Positions 41,316-53,327 of a DNA stretch of 64,000 nt are shown here, in pieces. The DNA is from Octopus vulgaris (taxonomy: Eukaryota): positions 38,626,001-38,690,000 of the forward strand of contig OX597828.1 of NCBI GenBank assembly GCA_951406725.2, given 5' to 3'. The notes beneath the pieces were generated by a model. That model searched no databases, was not told the DNA's origin, and was given only the letters and a program-made list of their open reading frames with translations. Numbering within the stretch: the first letter of the stretch is position 1; each line of letters opens with the position of its first letter. Position numbers and translations under genes: made by a program.

Positions 41316-41497
41316 ACACACCAAACCGTATACACGCACACACGTGCTATGTACAAAACCTTATGTACAGTTTTTATTTATACACACACATATTCAAGCG
41401 TGTACAGACCATTATTTATAATATATATATATATATATATATATCTCGAGTGCTATATTTTTCCCAGGTATTTTTATAATTATTTATCGAGTGTATG

Positions 41498-41536
<39 letters not shown>

Positions 41537-43119
41537 GCGCAAAGACTCGACACAATCAGTATTAACTAATATGGAATACGAATGTGATCAGCAAGTAGTG
41601 ACGGAGGTAGCAGTAGTAATAGTAGTAAATACTAGTAAATGGTGGCGGAGAGGAAGATACTAGTAAATGGTAGCAGTAGGAAGATAGGTGGATGTCAGAT
41701 GTAAGAGGATCTCGATATCGCTGCACGAAGGAGTGCAAACTCCAGGACAGTCCTCACTGAATAAGACACGCTGATAAAATTCGTCTTCCAGCTGTAACCA
41801 GCCATTTCTCTGTACATTTACAACTACACTGTTGTACTTTGGATGGTCAGGTGTTATCTGCAGGAGAGATTTAGTTCCTTTTTCTAACAAACAGAGCACG
41901 CTTGAAATAGAGGATTGTCCCTCAAATTAGACCCTATTGCCTAGAAATAAATAAAAAGATATGGTCACACTGGATAATGTGGCTTTGGATACAGTGCCTT
42001 GCAATCAGACAGGATTGTCGCGGCTGGTATACCTCTGATTTATAGTCGTATTGATAAAGAATAAGCTGCAACCTGAAAGTTAAATTGACACCATTGCTCT
42101 TAGACAAGCTTGATCCACGATTCAAAGAGATAAACCTCGGCATGGTCGTTCGACGTGCTGCAAATCACTCCCCAATGGTTACCATTTTTTTTAAAGGAAA
42201 GGACAAGCAGGATAATGCGGAGATGGTCGTGGATAGAAATTGCATTTGATTATAGTTCTTGCTGGATCAGGGTCCGCCGACTCGGGGCTAAAAACAAGGT
42301 CCAACAATATACTAAGCTTCAATAAAGTCTTCCCGCATTTGTATTCCTCGGAATTTGTTTAGCAGACTCACCTCTCTCCATGAGCGATGATGCAAGAATA
42401 TAAATACATATATAAACCAACCCATATCACCAACTCTCGTCAGATAACACTAAACAATTTAGAAAAAAATTTGCTCGTTTTTACTGTTATTGTCCATTTA
42501 CTTCTATAAATTGTATTCTATTGCCGTTAATACATAAAATGTTTTATTACAATGAAAATATGAGAATCGAAAACATGAAAATAGTAGTTGAGATATGTCA
42601 AGTTGCAGCTTCAGAATAAATATAAAAAAAAAATAGAGGAAGCCGCTTATTACAATCGCTGTTAATGCTATATATATAAGCTGGTTATCGAAATTAATAG
42701 GTTCCAAGTACCTTATTCGTTTAACGTGATCAACCGGTTATTATGAAAAGGCTTCGTCCTAAATTGATCATATTACACGGCGACTTCCACTGTACTTGAT
42801 AATATTCTCTAAAACCGTTATGACAATTACAATATTATTATTCTATTACGAATGAGTTCTTTCATATTTAACGCATCCTTCGGACGAGAGAAAAAAATAT
42901 TTAAAAGTTCGCCTATTACGTAGCGAGAAACTCCGAGTAGCGAACGAAGTGGAATTAATCAGCTACAAACCAATAATTGGTACCTTTTCTCCTGCTTTCT
43001 TTTACAATCCAATGCCACTCGTTACGATGGGAAGGAACATCAACTAAATCGACTTTCATTTTTCGGGGGGGTTTTCTTATTAATCACGAAATGATAAAAT
43101 AAATGTCATGCACATTCAG

Positions 43120-44470
43120 GATATACATATACACATACATATACACATATATATACATATATATACACATATATATACACATATATATACATATATATAC
43201 ACATATATATACACATATATACACATATATATACATATACACACATATATATACATATACACACATATATATACATATACACACATATATATACATATAC
43301 ACACATATATATACATATACACACATATATATACATATACACACATATATATACATATACACACATATATATATACATATACACACATATATATACATAT
43401 ACACACATATATATACATATACACACATATATATACATATACACACATATATACACATATACACACATATATACATATACACACATATATACATATACAC
43501 ACATATATACATATACACACATATATATACATATACACACATATATATACATATACACACATATATATACATATACACACATATATATACATATACACAC
43601 ATATATATACATATACACACATATATATACATATACACATATATATATACATATACACACATATACACATATATATATACATATACACACATATACACAT
43701 ATATATATACATATACACACATATACACATATATATATACATATACACACATATATATATACGTATATACACATTTTTATATACATATATACACATATAT
43801 ATATACATATATACACATATATATATACATATATACACATATATATACATATATACACATATATATATACATATATACACATATATATATATATATACAC
43901 ATATATATATACATATATACACATATATATATACATATATACACATATATATATACATATATACACATATATATATACATATATACACATATATATATAC
44001 ATATATACACATATATATATACATATATACACATATATATATACATATATACACATATATATATACATATATACACATATATATATACATATATACACAT
44101 ATATATATACATATATACACATATATATATACATATATACACATATATATATACATATATACACATATATATATACATATATACACATATATATATACAT
44201 ATATACACATATATATATATATACATATACACACATATACACATATATATATACATATATACACATATATATATACATACATATACACATATATATACAC
44301 ATATATATACATACATATACACACATATATACATACAAATACACACATATATACATACATATACACACATATATACATACATATACACACATATATACAT
44401 ACATATACACACATATATACATACATATACACACATATATACACACACACATATATATATATATATATAT
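43120..44470. repeat. About 1.35-kb compound (TA)/(CA) microsatellite with 14-22 bp higher-order units
   Basis: Direct reading; source of the long spurious YIHT/VCMY ORFs. Confidence 0.98.
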
Positions 44471-45083
44471 TACTATAAGAGTATATATATACATTTAAAC
44501 AGGTTATTAATAACTGACTGTTAGACATAGATATATACTAATAAAGCGTTGAAGAAATATAAGGTAGGAGGAAGGAAACAAGATGTTTAACCCAAGGCCA
44601 GCTCCGATCGAGGGAGACCTATGGTCAAAGGCATTCCAACCGTGACACCACCGTCTTTTTAAGGTTATGTCTTGAACAACGTTATCTAATTTGTACTTCT
44701 CGTTATCGAAGACTGTATTGGTGTGCGATATGAGGAAGATTTTTTCTTTTTTGGTATTTTTAGCAGCAATTTCTAAAAGCTGGAGCGACAGTATTAAAAG
44801 CAGCCTCCGAGAAACTGATACAAATAACAATCTTAAGAGTCAATGACACGAGATTAAAATATAATTATATAGAGTTATATATATATATATATAATTAAAT
44901 CGAATTATAATGTTTTGTGTGAGTATATATATATGTGTGTGTGTGTGTGCACCCCATAAAGTAAGCAACCTTTAAGTGCAACAAGCATAAAAACCCTGTA
45001 GAAGGGGAAATAAAGAGGACAAAAAAATTAACAATCAAATTTGCTATATATACATTCGTAAGAATTAATTAATTTTAGCTTAC

Positions 45084-45147
45084 CATCTGCATAAGCGATG
45101 ACGAGAAGTTGAATAAAAGCTGCGAGGAAAAGTTGTATAGAAACCAT
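45084..45147 (-). CDS. Exon 1: signal peptide MVSIQLFLAAFIQLLVIAYAD
   Basis: Minus strand reads cgccgatc-ATGG...TAT GCA GAT G|gtaagc: good start context, hydrophobic core with an A-Y-A cleavage motif, and a strong phase-1 donor matching the phase-1 acceptor at 7471. Too short for the ORF track. Confidence 0.78.
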
Positions 45148-45549
45148 GATCGGCGGGCGTTCTTACAAAGAAGAGAACAGCAAATGTATTTGGTCCTTCT
45201 GACGAGTTCTTTTTTCCGCTCTGTGTGTTTAGTATGTATTTATTTTTTTTATAAATGCATATATATACTTATAATATATATAAAATATATTTGTTGAAGT
45301 TAAAAAAAAAATCAGCTTCTTTCCTCTTCGAGTTGGAAGCTGAAAGGCAAATTGGAGTCTTCCTTTACTCTCTCTCTATCTATCTCTTTCTCTATCTCTC
45401 TGTCTGTTTGTGTATCTGTTTAACTCCTTTCTCTCTCTCATACACACACTTTCTCTCTCTTATTTCTTTCTTACCACTCAAACAACAACAACACCCAAGA
45501 AGTAAAAAAAGAAACAACAACAAAATCCAGAACTACAACAGCAGCAGCA

Positions 45550-46400
45550 GCAGCAGTCACTTGGTAGTTGGTGTTTAACACACACTCACACACTACCACG
45601 CATACGCAGAGAAACCAATCAGCAGTTATTATCTACAAGCTACAACACAAGTACTGAATGAGCGTCACTAGATGTGATATGATGTCACTATCTATTTAAT
45701 AATAATAATAATGAGTGAAAGTAGTGGTGGAAGGGGGGTGGTAATAACAAACAAGGGTACAGCAGTAACGTTATTCAGCGACACAGTTGCGCATGCATCA
45801 CAAGACGAGTTAGATCTCTCTCTCTCTCTTTCTCTCTATTAGACTGTGTGTATTAAATTTTTGAATTTACAATAATACTGCTTTTTGCAATATGAAATAT
45901 ACCGTTTCTTCTCTTGTACTCGTTTCATTTATTACAAATAAATAAATGCTATAACAAATAATTATGGTTCTTAAAGGTATGGTAATTAACAGGGTCAACA
46001 GTTTTAGTTATTTATTCAAAGACACGGTTACGTATATGTCACAAGATGCGATGCAATACTTATACTGCATAGATTTTTTTTTTTCTCACGTTCAATCAGT
46101 AAATACTGATTATGAAAACATTCTATTATAAAAAAAATGTAATCCTTCTTCTCTTAAATTAATTTCGATGCCACAATAAAAAATAAACGGATACGACTAC
46201 CACAATAATTACTACGGCTGATAATAATAATAATAATAGTAAAAGGAGGAGGGGGTAATAAAATGGATGCCAATGTTCTTATTTTTAGGGCAGCCCGATC
46301 ACGTGACCAGACAATTAGTAAAGATCGGCGCATGCGCATTTCTATGTCATATACGAAACATCGTTTCGCAGCGGCGAGAGTATCTCAAAGTTGGCCACTG
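45550..46400 (-). promoter_or_regulatory. Candidate promoter region of the Ig gene
   Basis: CCAAT box 45615-45619, NRF1-like TGCGCATGCA 45788-45797, E-box TCACGTGA 46299-46306, NRF1 palindrome GCGCATGCGC 46328-46337; CpG-retaining, SINE-free sequence just upstream of the signal-peptide exon. TSS not determinable. Confidence 0.55.
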
Positions 46401-47045
46401 ATCAATAAGGACGGTGGAGGATGGATCTCCTGTATGGTCGTTCCAAGCTGCTAAAAAAGGCAGCCAAATCTCAATTTAAGTCATATATGCTTAAGTATGA
46501 GATTAAAGTTGGAAATTTAGCTGAGTTTTCCGAATGGAAAACAATTTGTCTATTGCTGCTAATTCGACTTCTTTCTATTATTCCTCGTCACACTTTCTTC
46601 GACCTTTGCCTTCACGCATCCTCATTTATGATATAACATTCAAATACATGCACACCTATTTCTTAACATTCTCCTCTCCCCCAAGTTCTATTTTTTCACC
46701 TTAGTACGTGACTAGTCTTTTTTATTTTATTGATTCCCCCCACTCCCTCCGCCGCAAGAATTAATAGCTAAGTCGACCTCTTCAGGATTTGAACGCAGAA
46801 CGTAGAATCAGAATAAAATATCGCAAAGCTGTTTGACCGACGTTCTCTCGATTCTACCAATCTCTCTCTCTTGATCGATCGACATATGTATGAGTCTGTA
46901 TACATATACACACCCGCACACATAGATATATAAGCACTATATATATATATAATATAGTTAATCCAAACAAGAAAGCACAAAAAACACAACAACGCGAGGA
47001 CGTGGAACAAATATAGTATTATTGGACGCTCAGGAAAGAAGGAGG

Positions 47046-47080
47046 GTTTAACGTTTCGAGCGGAGCTCTTCGTCGGAAAC
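47046..47080 (-). ncRNA. Minimal hammerhead-ribozyme-like motif (Penelope-type)
   Basis: GTTT-CCGACGA-A-GAGC(TCC)GCTC-GAAAC-GTT-AAAC: stem I GTTT/AAAC, stem II GAGC/GCTC, palindromic ACGT in place of stem III; the core has C in place of U4. Confidence 0.55.
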
Positions 47081-47953
47081 ATAGGAGAAGGGAAGACAGA
47101 GGAAAAAAAATCGCCAACGGTACACACGAGGTCACATTTTGAAAGATGATATATATATATATCATCATCATCATTATAATCATTTAACGTCCTTTTTCCA
47201 TGCAGGCATGGGTTGGAGGGTTTGACAAATCAGCAGAAGTTACAAGTGACTCAAGAGCCGAGAGTTACGTCACTTTTTAACTTCTACCAATTAAATCATC
47301 ATCAACATCATTTAACATCCGCTTATGGGGTGGCCAATTTGATAGGATCAGTGAACCGCAACGTCTGATTTAGCATCGTTTCTAAGACTGGATACTCTTC
47401 CTGATACCAACTACATCAGTGTGTAGCCGCAATCTAATAAATGAAACAAGTAAAGGTTAAAAGATATAGATATACACATATGTATGTATGCATGTGTGTG
47501 TGTGTGTATATATAGATAAAGAGATACATACATATATACTTACGTACGTAAGTGTGGCTGTGTGGCAAAAAGCTTACTTCCCAACCATAATACCTGAATA
47601 TGGTTGATTATATGTTATGATGTAATCTATGGATATGGCAATAAAATTCTTGACAAAACAGCTGTCATAAATTTTGAACCTCATTTGTCTTTCAGTCACA
47701 CTCTAACTTTTTGTCACCTGACACAAGATCCCCTCTTCCATTGTCCCTTCCCCTCTCAAAATTCCTTGTCTTGCAAGTTACTTGGTGATCCTGCCAGTGC
47801 TGGTGCTACATAAAATGCATCCAGTCCACCCTGTAAAGTGATTGGCATTTGGAAGGGCATCCGGCTGTAAAAACCATGCCAAAACTAACCTTCCTTGTAC
47901 TTGTGCCACATAAAAAAACACTCGGTCCATTCTATGGGATGGTTTGGTGTTAC

Positions 47954-48110
47954 ATACAAAATTAAGAGGAATGACCACTAAAGTGGACACCTAATAAGCT
48001 AAACATAGACGTCAAATTGCCATTACCATGAAGAAGGCAATGGCAATTTGATATCCATATTTAGCATATTAGGTGTCCACTTTTGTGGTCATTCTTCTTA
48101 ATTTTGTATA
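47954..48110. repeat. About 155-bp imperfect palindrome
   Basis: ATACAAAATTAAGAGGAATGACCACTAAAGTGGACACCTAATA... pairs with ...TATTAGGTGTCCACTTTTGTGGTCATTCTTCTTAATTTTGTAT around a short loop. Confidence 0.9.
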
Positions 48111-48160
48111 AATATATATATATATCGGGATCTTTCTTTCTTCTTTCTTCCTTCTCTTAT

Positions 48161-48195
48161 GTTTCCGACGAAGAGCTCCGCTCGAAACGTCATAC
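48161..48195 (+). ncRNA. Minimal hammerhead-ribozyme-like motif (Penelope-type)
   Basis: GTTT-CCGACGA-A-GAGC(TCC)GCTC-GAAAC-GTC-ATAC; GUC cleavage triplet; inverted partner of 47046-47080. Confidence 0.55.
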
Positions 48196-48438
48196 CCTCC
48201 TTCTTCCATTTTCCTGAGCGCCTAATAATAATAATACTGTAATTGTTCCACGTGTTGTTGTTTTTTCTGTTTTCCCGTTTGGATTAACCTTATATATATA
48301 TATATATATATATTTATAGGGTATCCATAAATTACAGACATCACTAAATACATTCCAAATGGTTGTCATATCTTTTTGATAACATAATAGGTCAGATGGA
48401 TGATGTCTATACTACAGTATTACAATAACCAAAATATG

Positions 48439-48464
<26 letters not shown>

Positions 48465-48469
<5 letters not shown>

Positions 48470-48659
48470 GTTTCAGTCATTTGACTGCGGCCATGCTGGA
48501 GCACCGCCTCTAGTCGAGCAAATCGACCCCAGAACTTATTCTTTGTAAGCCCAGTACTTATTCTATCGGTCTCTTTTGCCGAACCGCTAAGTGACGGGGA
48601 CGTAAACACACCAGCATCGGTTGTCAAGCAATGCTAGGGGGACAAACACAGACACACAA

Positions 48660-48692
<33 letters not shown>

Positions 48693-48846
48693 CATATATA
48701 CGACAGGCTTCTTTCAGTTTCCGTCTACCAAATCCACTCACAAGGCATTGGTCGGCCCGGGGCTATAGCAGAAGACACTTGCCCAAGATGCCACGCAGTG
48801 GGACTGAACCCGGAACCATGTGGCTGGTTAGCAAGCTACTTACCAC
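48465..48846 (-). mobile_element. Family A SINE, young copy with poly(A) tail
   Basis: Near-consensus, CpG-rich; long T run at about 48438-48465. Confidence 0.92.
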
Positions 48847-49264
48847 GTGCATGTATAGTAATAATAACATCATAAACTTAGCATTAGCTTATCTCACTCT
48901 TTCTCACAGAACCCTAGGATTCTGGGGAACCACATTTGAGAAACGCTGCTTTACACTATCAATCCTGGCTCTGTTTGTCATATCCCTTGTGTTTCTCACT
49001 CTGTAAAGAGGTTAGTGAGCAAGGACATATGGGATTGGAAAATCTCTTTCCCCCCAGTATTGTGAATGTGGCTACCTCTGCATGACTGGTGCTACATAAA
49101 AATCTACCCACTACATTCAGAAAAATGTAAGGTGAGATCCCTTTGTCTTGTCATAGACATAGCACTTTCCAAGGTGAAAAAAAAACAAAAGCACATAGTA
49201 AACTATCTAAAGTAGTTAGCATTAAGAAGTGTATCCAACCATGAAAACCAAGCCAAACTCTGGA

Positions 49265-49650
49265 TGGCTGTGTGGTAAGTAGCTTGCTTACCAACCACAT
49301 GGTTCCGGGTTCAGTCCCACTGCGTTGAACTTTGGGCAAGTGTCTTCTACTATAGCCTCGGGCCGACCAAAGCCTTGTGAGTGGATTTGGTAGACGGAAA
49401 CTGAAAGAAGCCCATCATATATATATATATGTGTGCGTGTGTATATGTTTGTGTGTCTGTGTTTGTCCCCCCAACATTGCTTGACAACTGATGCTGGTGT
49501 GTTTACATCCCCGTAACTTAGCGGTTCGGCAAAAGAACCGATAGAATAAGTACTAGGCTTACAAAGAATAAGACCTGGGATCGATTTGCTCGACTAAAGG
49601 CAGTGCTCCAGCATGGCCGCAGTCAAATGACTGAAACGAATAAAAGAGTA
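49265..49650 (+). mobile_element. Family A SINE, young copy
   Basis: Near-consensus, inverted relative to 48465-48846. Confidence 0.92.
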
Positions 49651-50929
49651 AGGGTGTTGACACATTTCTGTGCTTACAAAGCTTTAATATGGAGCTGAAT
49701 AAACCTTAAAATGCCAACCAAATATGTTGAGTACATCTTTCATTTGTTCATCTATTCTATAACTGCTCATCTTACGTATCAACTTGCCTGGCTTCCTGCA
49801 TGCCAATCTATTCGCCTGCCTGTTTGTCTGCTTGCTTGTCTACTTGCTGGCCTGCTTCCATGCTTCTTTTCAAATATTACCCTTAAACTTTGTACTTTTG
49901 CAATGGTAAATCTTAGCTGACATAGTTTATCTCAATTATTGCCATCAGAATGTATATTTAAACTTGACATCAACTTGTTCATATAAAATGATCCAATTTC
50001 ATACTGAACATCAGATTCACTGATGAAGTTTATGATCAACTCCCACTCAACGACAGACTACGAACAATTCACTCCCACTATGGACTAAGTAATCATAATA
50101 ATACACACAGGCATGGTTGTATGATTAAGAAGTTTACTTCCGAACAATGTGGTCTTGGGTTCAGTCCTACTGTGTGGCACATTAAGCAAGTGTCTTCTAT
50201 TATATCCTCATGCCAACCAAAAACCTTGTGAGTGAATTTGCTAGATGGAAACTGCGAGAAGCCCATCATACATGTACCCAGTCATCACATGCCAGATGAA
50301 ATTTGTCTGCCTTGATACATTAGCAACTAGCGATTAGCAACATTGTGTTAAAGTTTGCCAGATTAAAATAAACTTTGTGTATACAAACAACAGAGGCAGC
50401 ATTAAGTCAAAATAGCTACCTGTGTATCATACCTAATGTCATACACCATTGAAGGGTGTGACGCTATAATTTGTGTCTGAAAAAAAATTTCTTCTTAGAC
50501 ATGTGGTAAAAACTCAGTATATATCAGAATGAGATATGACTGATTATTTGATTTTCTGGCTGAGTTCAAATCCTGCTGAGATTGATGCAATTTTTTCTTC
50601 AACTAGAGTTGAGGAAATAAATAGACAGCAAATACAACTGGGGCCTGTTCAGTTGACTAAGCAATAAGCTTAACTAGATCCATTTTCTGACACAATGAAT
50701 GCAGGGTCACTAAACCTGTTAGAAATAGTAGTCAACTACATGCTACCCTGTTAAAGAAAAAGGACACATGGATAATATAATCTGGAACAGATTATTATTG
50801 GAGGAGGAAAAAAAGATAGAATGGTTATAGATAGAATGTTTTTGACCATAGGTGTGTAAGATCAAGTCTGGCTTGAGAGCAAAAAAAACAAAACAACAAT
50901 AACAACAACAGTAACAACCAGAGCAGCAG

Positions 50930-51130
50930 TGGAGGCGCAATGGCCCAGTGGTTAGAGCAGTGGATTCGCAGTCGTAAGAACGCGGTTTTGATTCCCAGAC
51001 CGGGCATTGTGAGTGCTTATTGAGCAAAAACACCTAAGTTCCACAAGGCTCCGGTGGGGGGTGGGGGGAGTGGTGAACCCTGCTGTACTCTTTCACCACA
51101 ACTTTCTCTCACTTTTTCTTCCTACTTCTC
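50930..51130 (+). mobile_element. tRNA-derived SINE, family D
   Basis: GGAGGCGCAATGGCCCAGTGGTTAG..GATTCCC head; inverted copy at 53003-53310. Confidence 0.8.
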
Positions 51131-51454
51131 TCACAAAGCAGAGGAACCATGGTGTAACCCACTATGGTGTGGTAAACTTTCAGACCCTAGTCTAGATTGT
51201 GAATCCTCTGTACACCAAGATGGTTCAGCTCTCCACCCGTTAAAAGCCACCGTTTACGGAATGAGGATAGCAACGCAGTTTTCACGCCCGTGCAACCGCC
51301 AGTCTATCGCATGTGGTGGGTGGATCTTCAAGTTGCCACACGCATTCTTAGTAGCTTAGAGTAGGCTCGAATTAGAGATTATTCTTTGTGGCTAATGATG
51401 TAAGTCGTAACTGGAAGAAGAAGAAGAAGAAGACAGCAGCAGCATAGCAATAAG

Positions 51455-52280
51455 GACAATAAAAAACTGGCATTTCGTCAGTTATGATGATGAAGGTTCC
51501 AGTTGATCCACTCAACAGAACAGCTTGCTTGTGAAATTAATGTGCATATGGCTGAGTACTCCACAGATACATGTACCCTTAATGTACTTCTCAGGGAGAT
51601 TTAGTGTGATACCGAGTGTGACAAGGCTGGCTCTTTGAAATACAGGTACTACTCATTTTTGACAGCTGAGTAGACTAGAGCAGCTTGGAATAAAGTGCCT
51701 TGCTCAAGGACACAATGCATTGCCAGAAATTGAACTCACAACCTTGCAATCGTGGGTCGAATACCTAACCACTAAGCCATGTAAACAATAACCATAGCAA
51801 CAAAACCAAGATGAAAAACAACAACAATAGTAAGAACAAAAACTGGCACTTGGTCGGTTATGACAACAAGGGTTCCAGTTGACCAGATCTATGGAACACC
51901 CTGCGCATAGAATTAAAATACAAGTGGATGAGTATTCCACAAACTGACACATCCCTTATGTAGTTCTCAGGGAGATTCAGCTGGACACAGAATCTGACAA
52001 GGGACTACTCATTTTTGCCATCTCAGTGGACTGGAGTAACGTGAAATAAAGTGTCTCACCCAAGGAGTCGATGTGCTGCCAAGAATTGAACTCATGGACT
52101 TACAATTGGGAGCTGAATGCCCTCACCACTAAGCCACATGCTTTCACTCTAAAGTCAACACTACTACTTACAAAAAAAAAAAAAAGCCAAAGTTACAGAA
52201 GCATCAACGTACTGCCAGGAATTGAACTCATGACCTTGCAATCATGACCACATAACCTAACCACTAGGCCATGTGTTTTC
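51455..52280 (-). mobile_element. Tandem cluster of 2-3 tRNA-derived SINEs
   Basis: Repeated AACTGGCA..GGTTCCAGTTGA..TCTCAGGGAGATT..AATAAAGTG..CAAGGA..GAATTGAACTCA..AACCACTAAGCCA blocks. Confidence 0.75.
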
Positions 52281-52555
52281 ACTAACAATAACAACACCAC
52301 CAGCAACATCAGCAGCAGCAACAACAACAACAACCAATAATGGTAGCACATTGTATGTCAGTCAAAGGAAAGCAATCAATGTGCCATTATCTGTTCCCTG
52401 TTTACTCTCAGTTCAATCACAATTATTTCCCCATCTTTCAGCCGTCTTTTAAACAAAACAACTTTGTTCATTTCTCTCATAATTTATTCAGACTTACCAA
52501 TTAATGGAAGTCTTAAAACGATTGGGTGAGGCAGTGCGGTTTGAACTGCAATATA

Positions 52556-52557
<2 letters not shown>

Positions 52558-52610
<53 letters not shown>

Positions 52611-52640
52611 TCTCACTCACTCACTCTCTCTCTCTCTCCC
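52558..52640. repeat. (CT)n microsatellite
   Basis: Direct reading. Confidence 0.95.
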
Positions 52641-53002
52641 CTAGCTTACATTTTTTTTTCATGGTGTAATATCGATTGCCATCATGTACATCACCATCAT
52701 CAGTGTCATCATCAATGTCACTGTTATCCTCAGCATTGGTACTGTTGTTGTCAGCATTGCTATTGTTGTCATCGTCATCATGAGCAAAACACATCATCTC
52801 ACATTGCTCTGTAATCACTTCAACACCTGACACATGATACACCTGTGCACCTGCTCAGGTAACATTGTTTCAATGGACAGAGTGAACTAATGTATGACAT
52901 GAACCTTTGATCACTACAAACAAATCATTTGTGCAGATCGTTTGGTAAAAGCTGAGCACTAATACGTCATCTTTGGCAGAAAAGTCCATCATATATATAT
53001 AT

Positions 53003-53310
53003 CATCATGATCACCATGACCGACCAGGCTATCAGATGTTGCTACACATCGCTGGTCACAATGCGCTTCCCATTGTTTTAGCCTTCAAATGACGCCACTT
53101 CGCTGGCTAAGCGAGCAGGCCAACAGAAGAAAGAGTGAGAGAAAATTGTGGTGAAAGAGTTCAGCAGGGATCGCCACCACCCCCTGCCGGAGCGTCGTGG
53201 AGCTTTAGGTGTTTTTGCTCAATAAACACTCACAACACCCGGTCTGGGAATTGAAACCGCGATCCTACAACTGCGAGTCCACTGCCCTAACCACTGGGCC
53301 ATTGCGTCTC
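53003..53310 (-). mobile_element. Family D SINE
   Basis: Reverse complement of the 50930 copy, with a (GAT)n-like tail. Confidence 0.8.
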
Positions 53311-53327
53311 TATTATATATATATATA

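Larger units (their letters stand above)
3898..45147 (-). other. Span of a spliced Ig-superfamily cell-surface glycoprotein gene (basigin/neuroplastin/embigin-like), 3' part outside the window
   Basis: Four exons (64+279+183+87 nt) join in frame through canonical GT-AG phase-1 introns: signal peptide + Ig1 (C..W..DSGEYKC) + Ig2 (C..W..DAGLYQC). No stop codon or transmembrane exon found in 1-3897. The family assignment is inferred from architecture only. Confidence 0.8.

Noticed and set aside
43084-44528. ORFs of 220-470 aa
   Set aside because: Translations of a (TA/CA) microsatellite that lacks stop codons; the same applies to 34.2-35.1, 57.3-57.7 and 59.8-60.0 kb.
49265-49335. tRNA genes
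   Set aside because: A/B-box heads run directly into SINE bodies; no stand-alone cloverleaf with a terminator was found.
48621-49339. Recurrent ORFs such as MPKVPRSGTEPGTMWLVSKLLTT
   Set aside because: Antisense translation of the family A SINE head, recurring at every copy.
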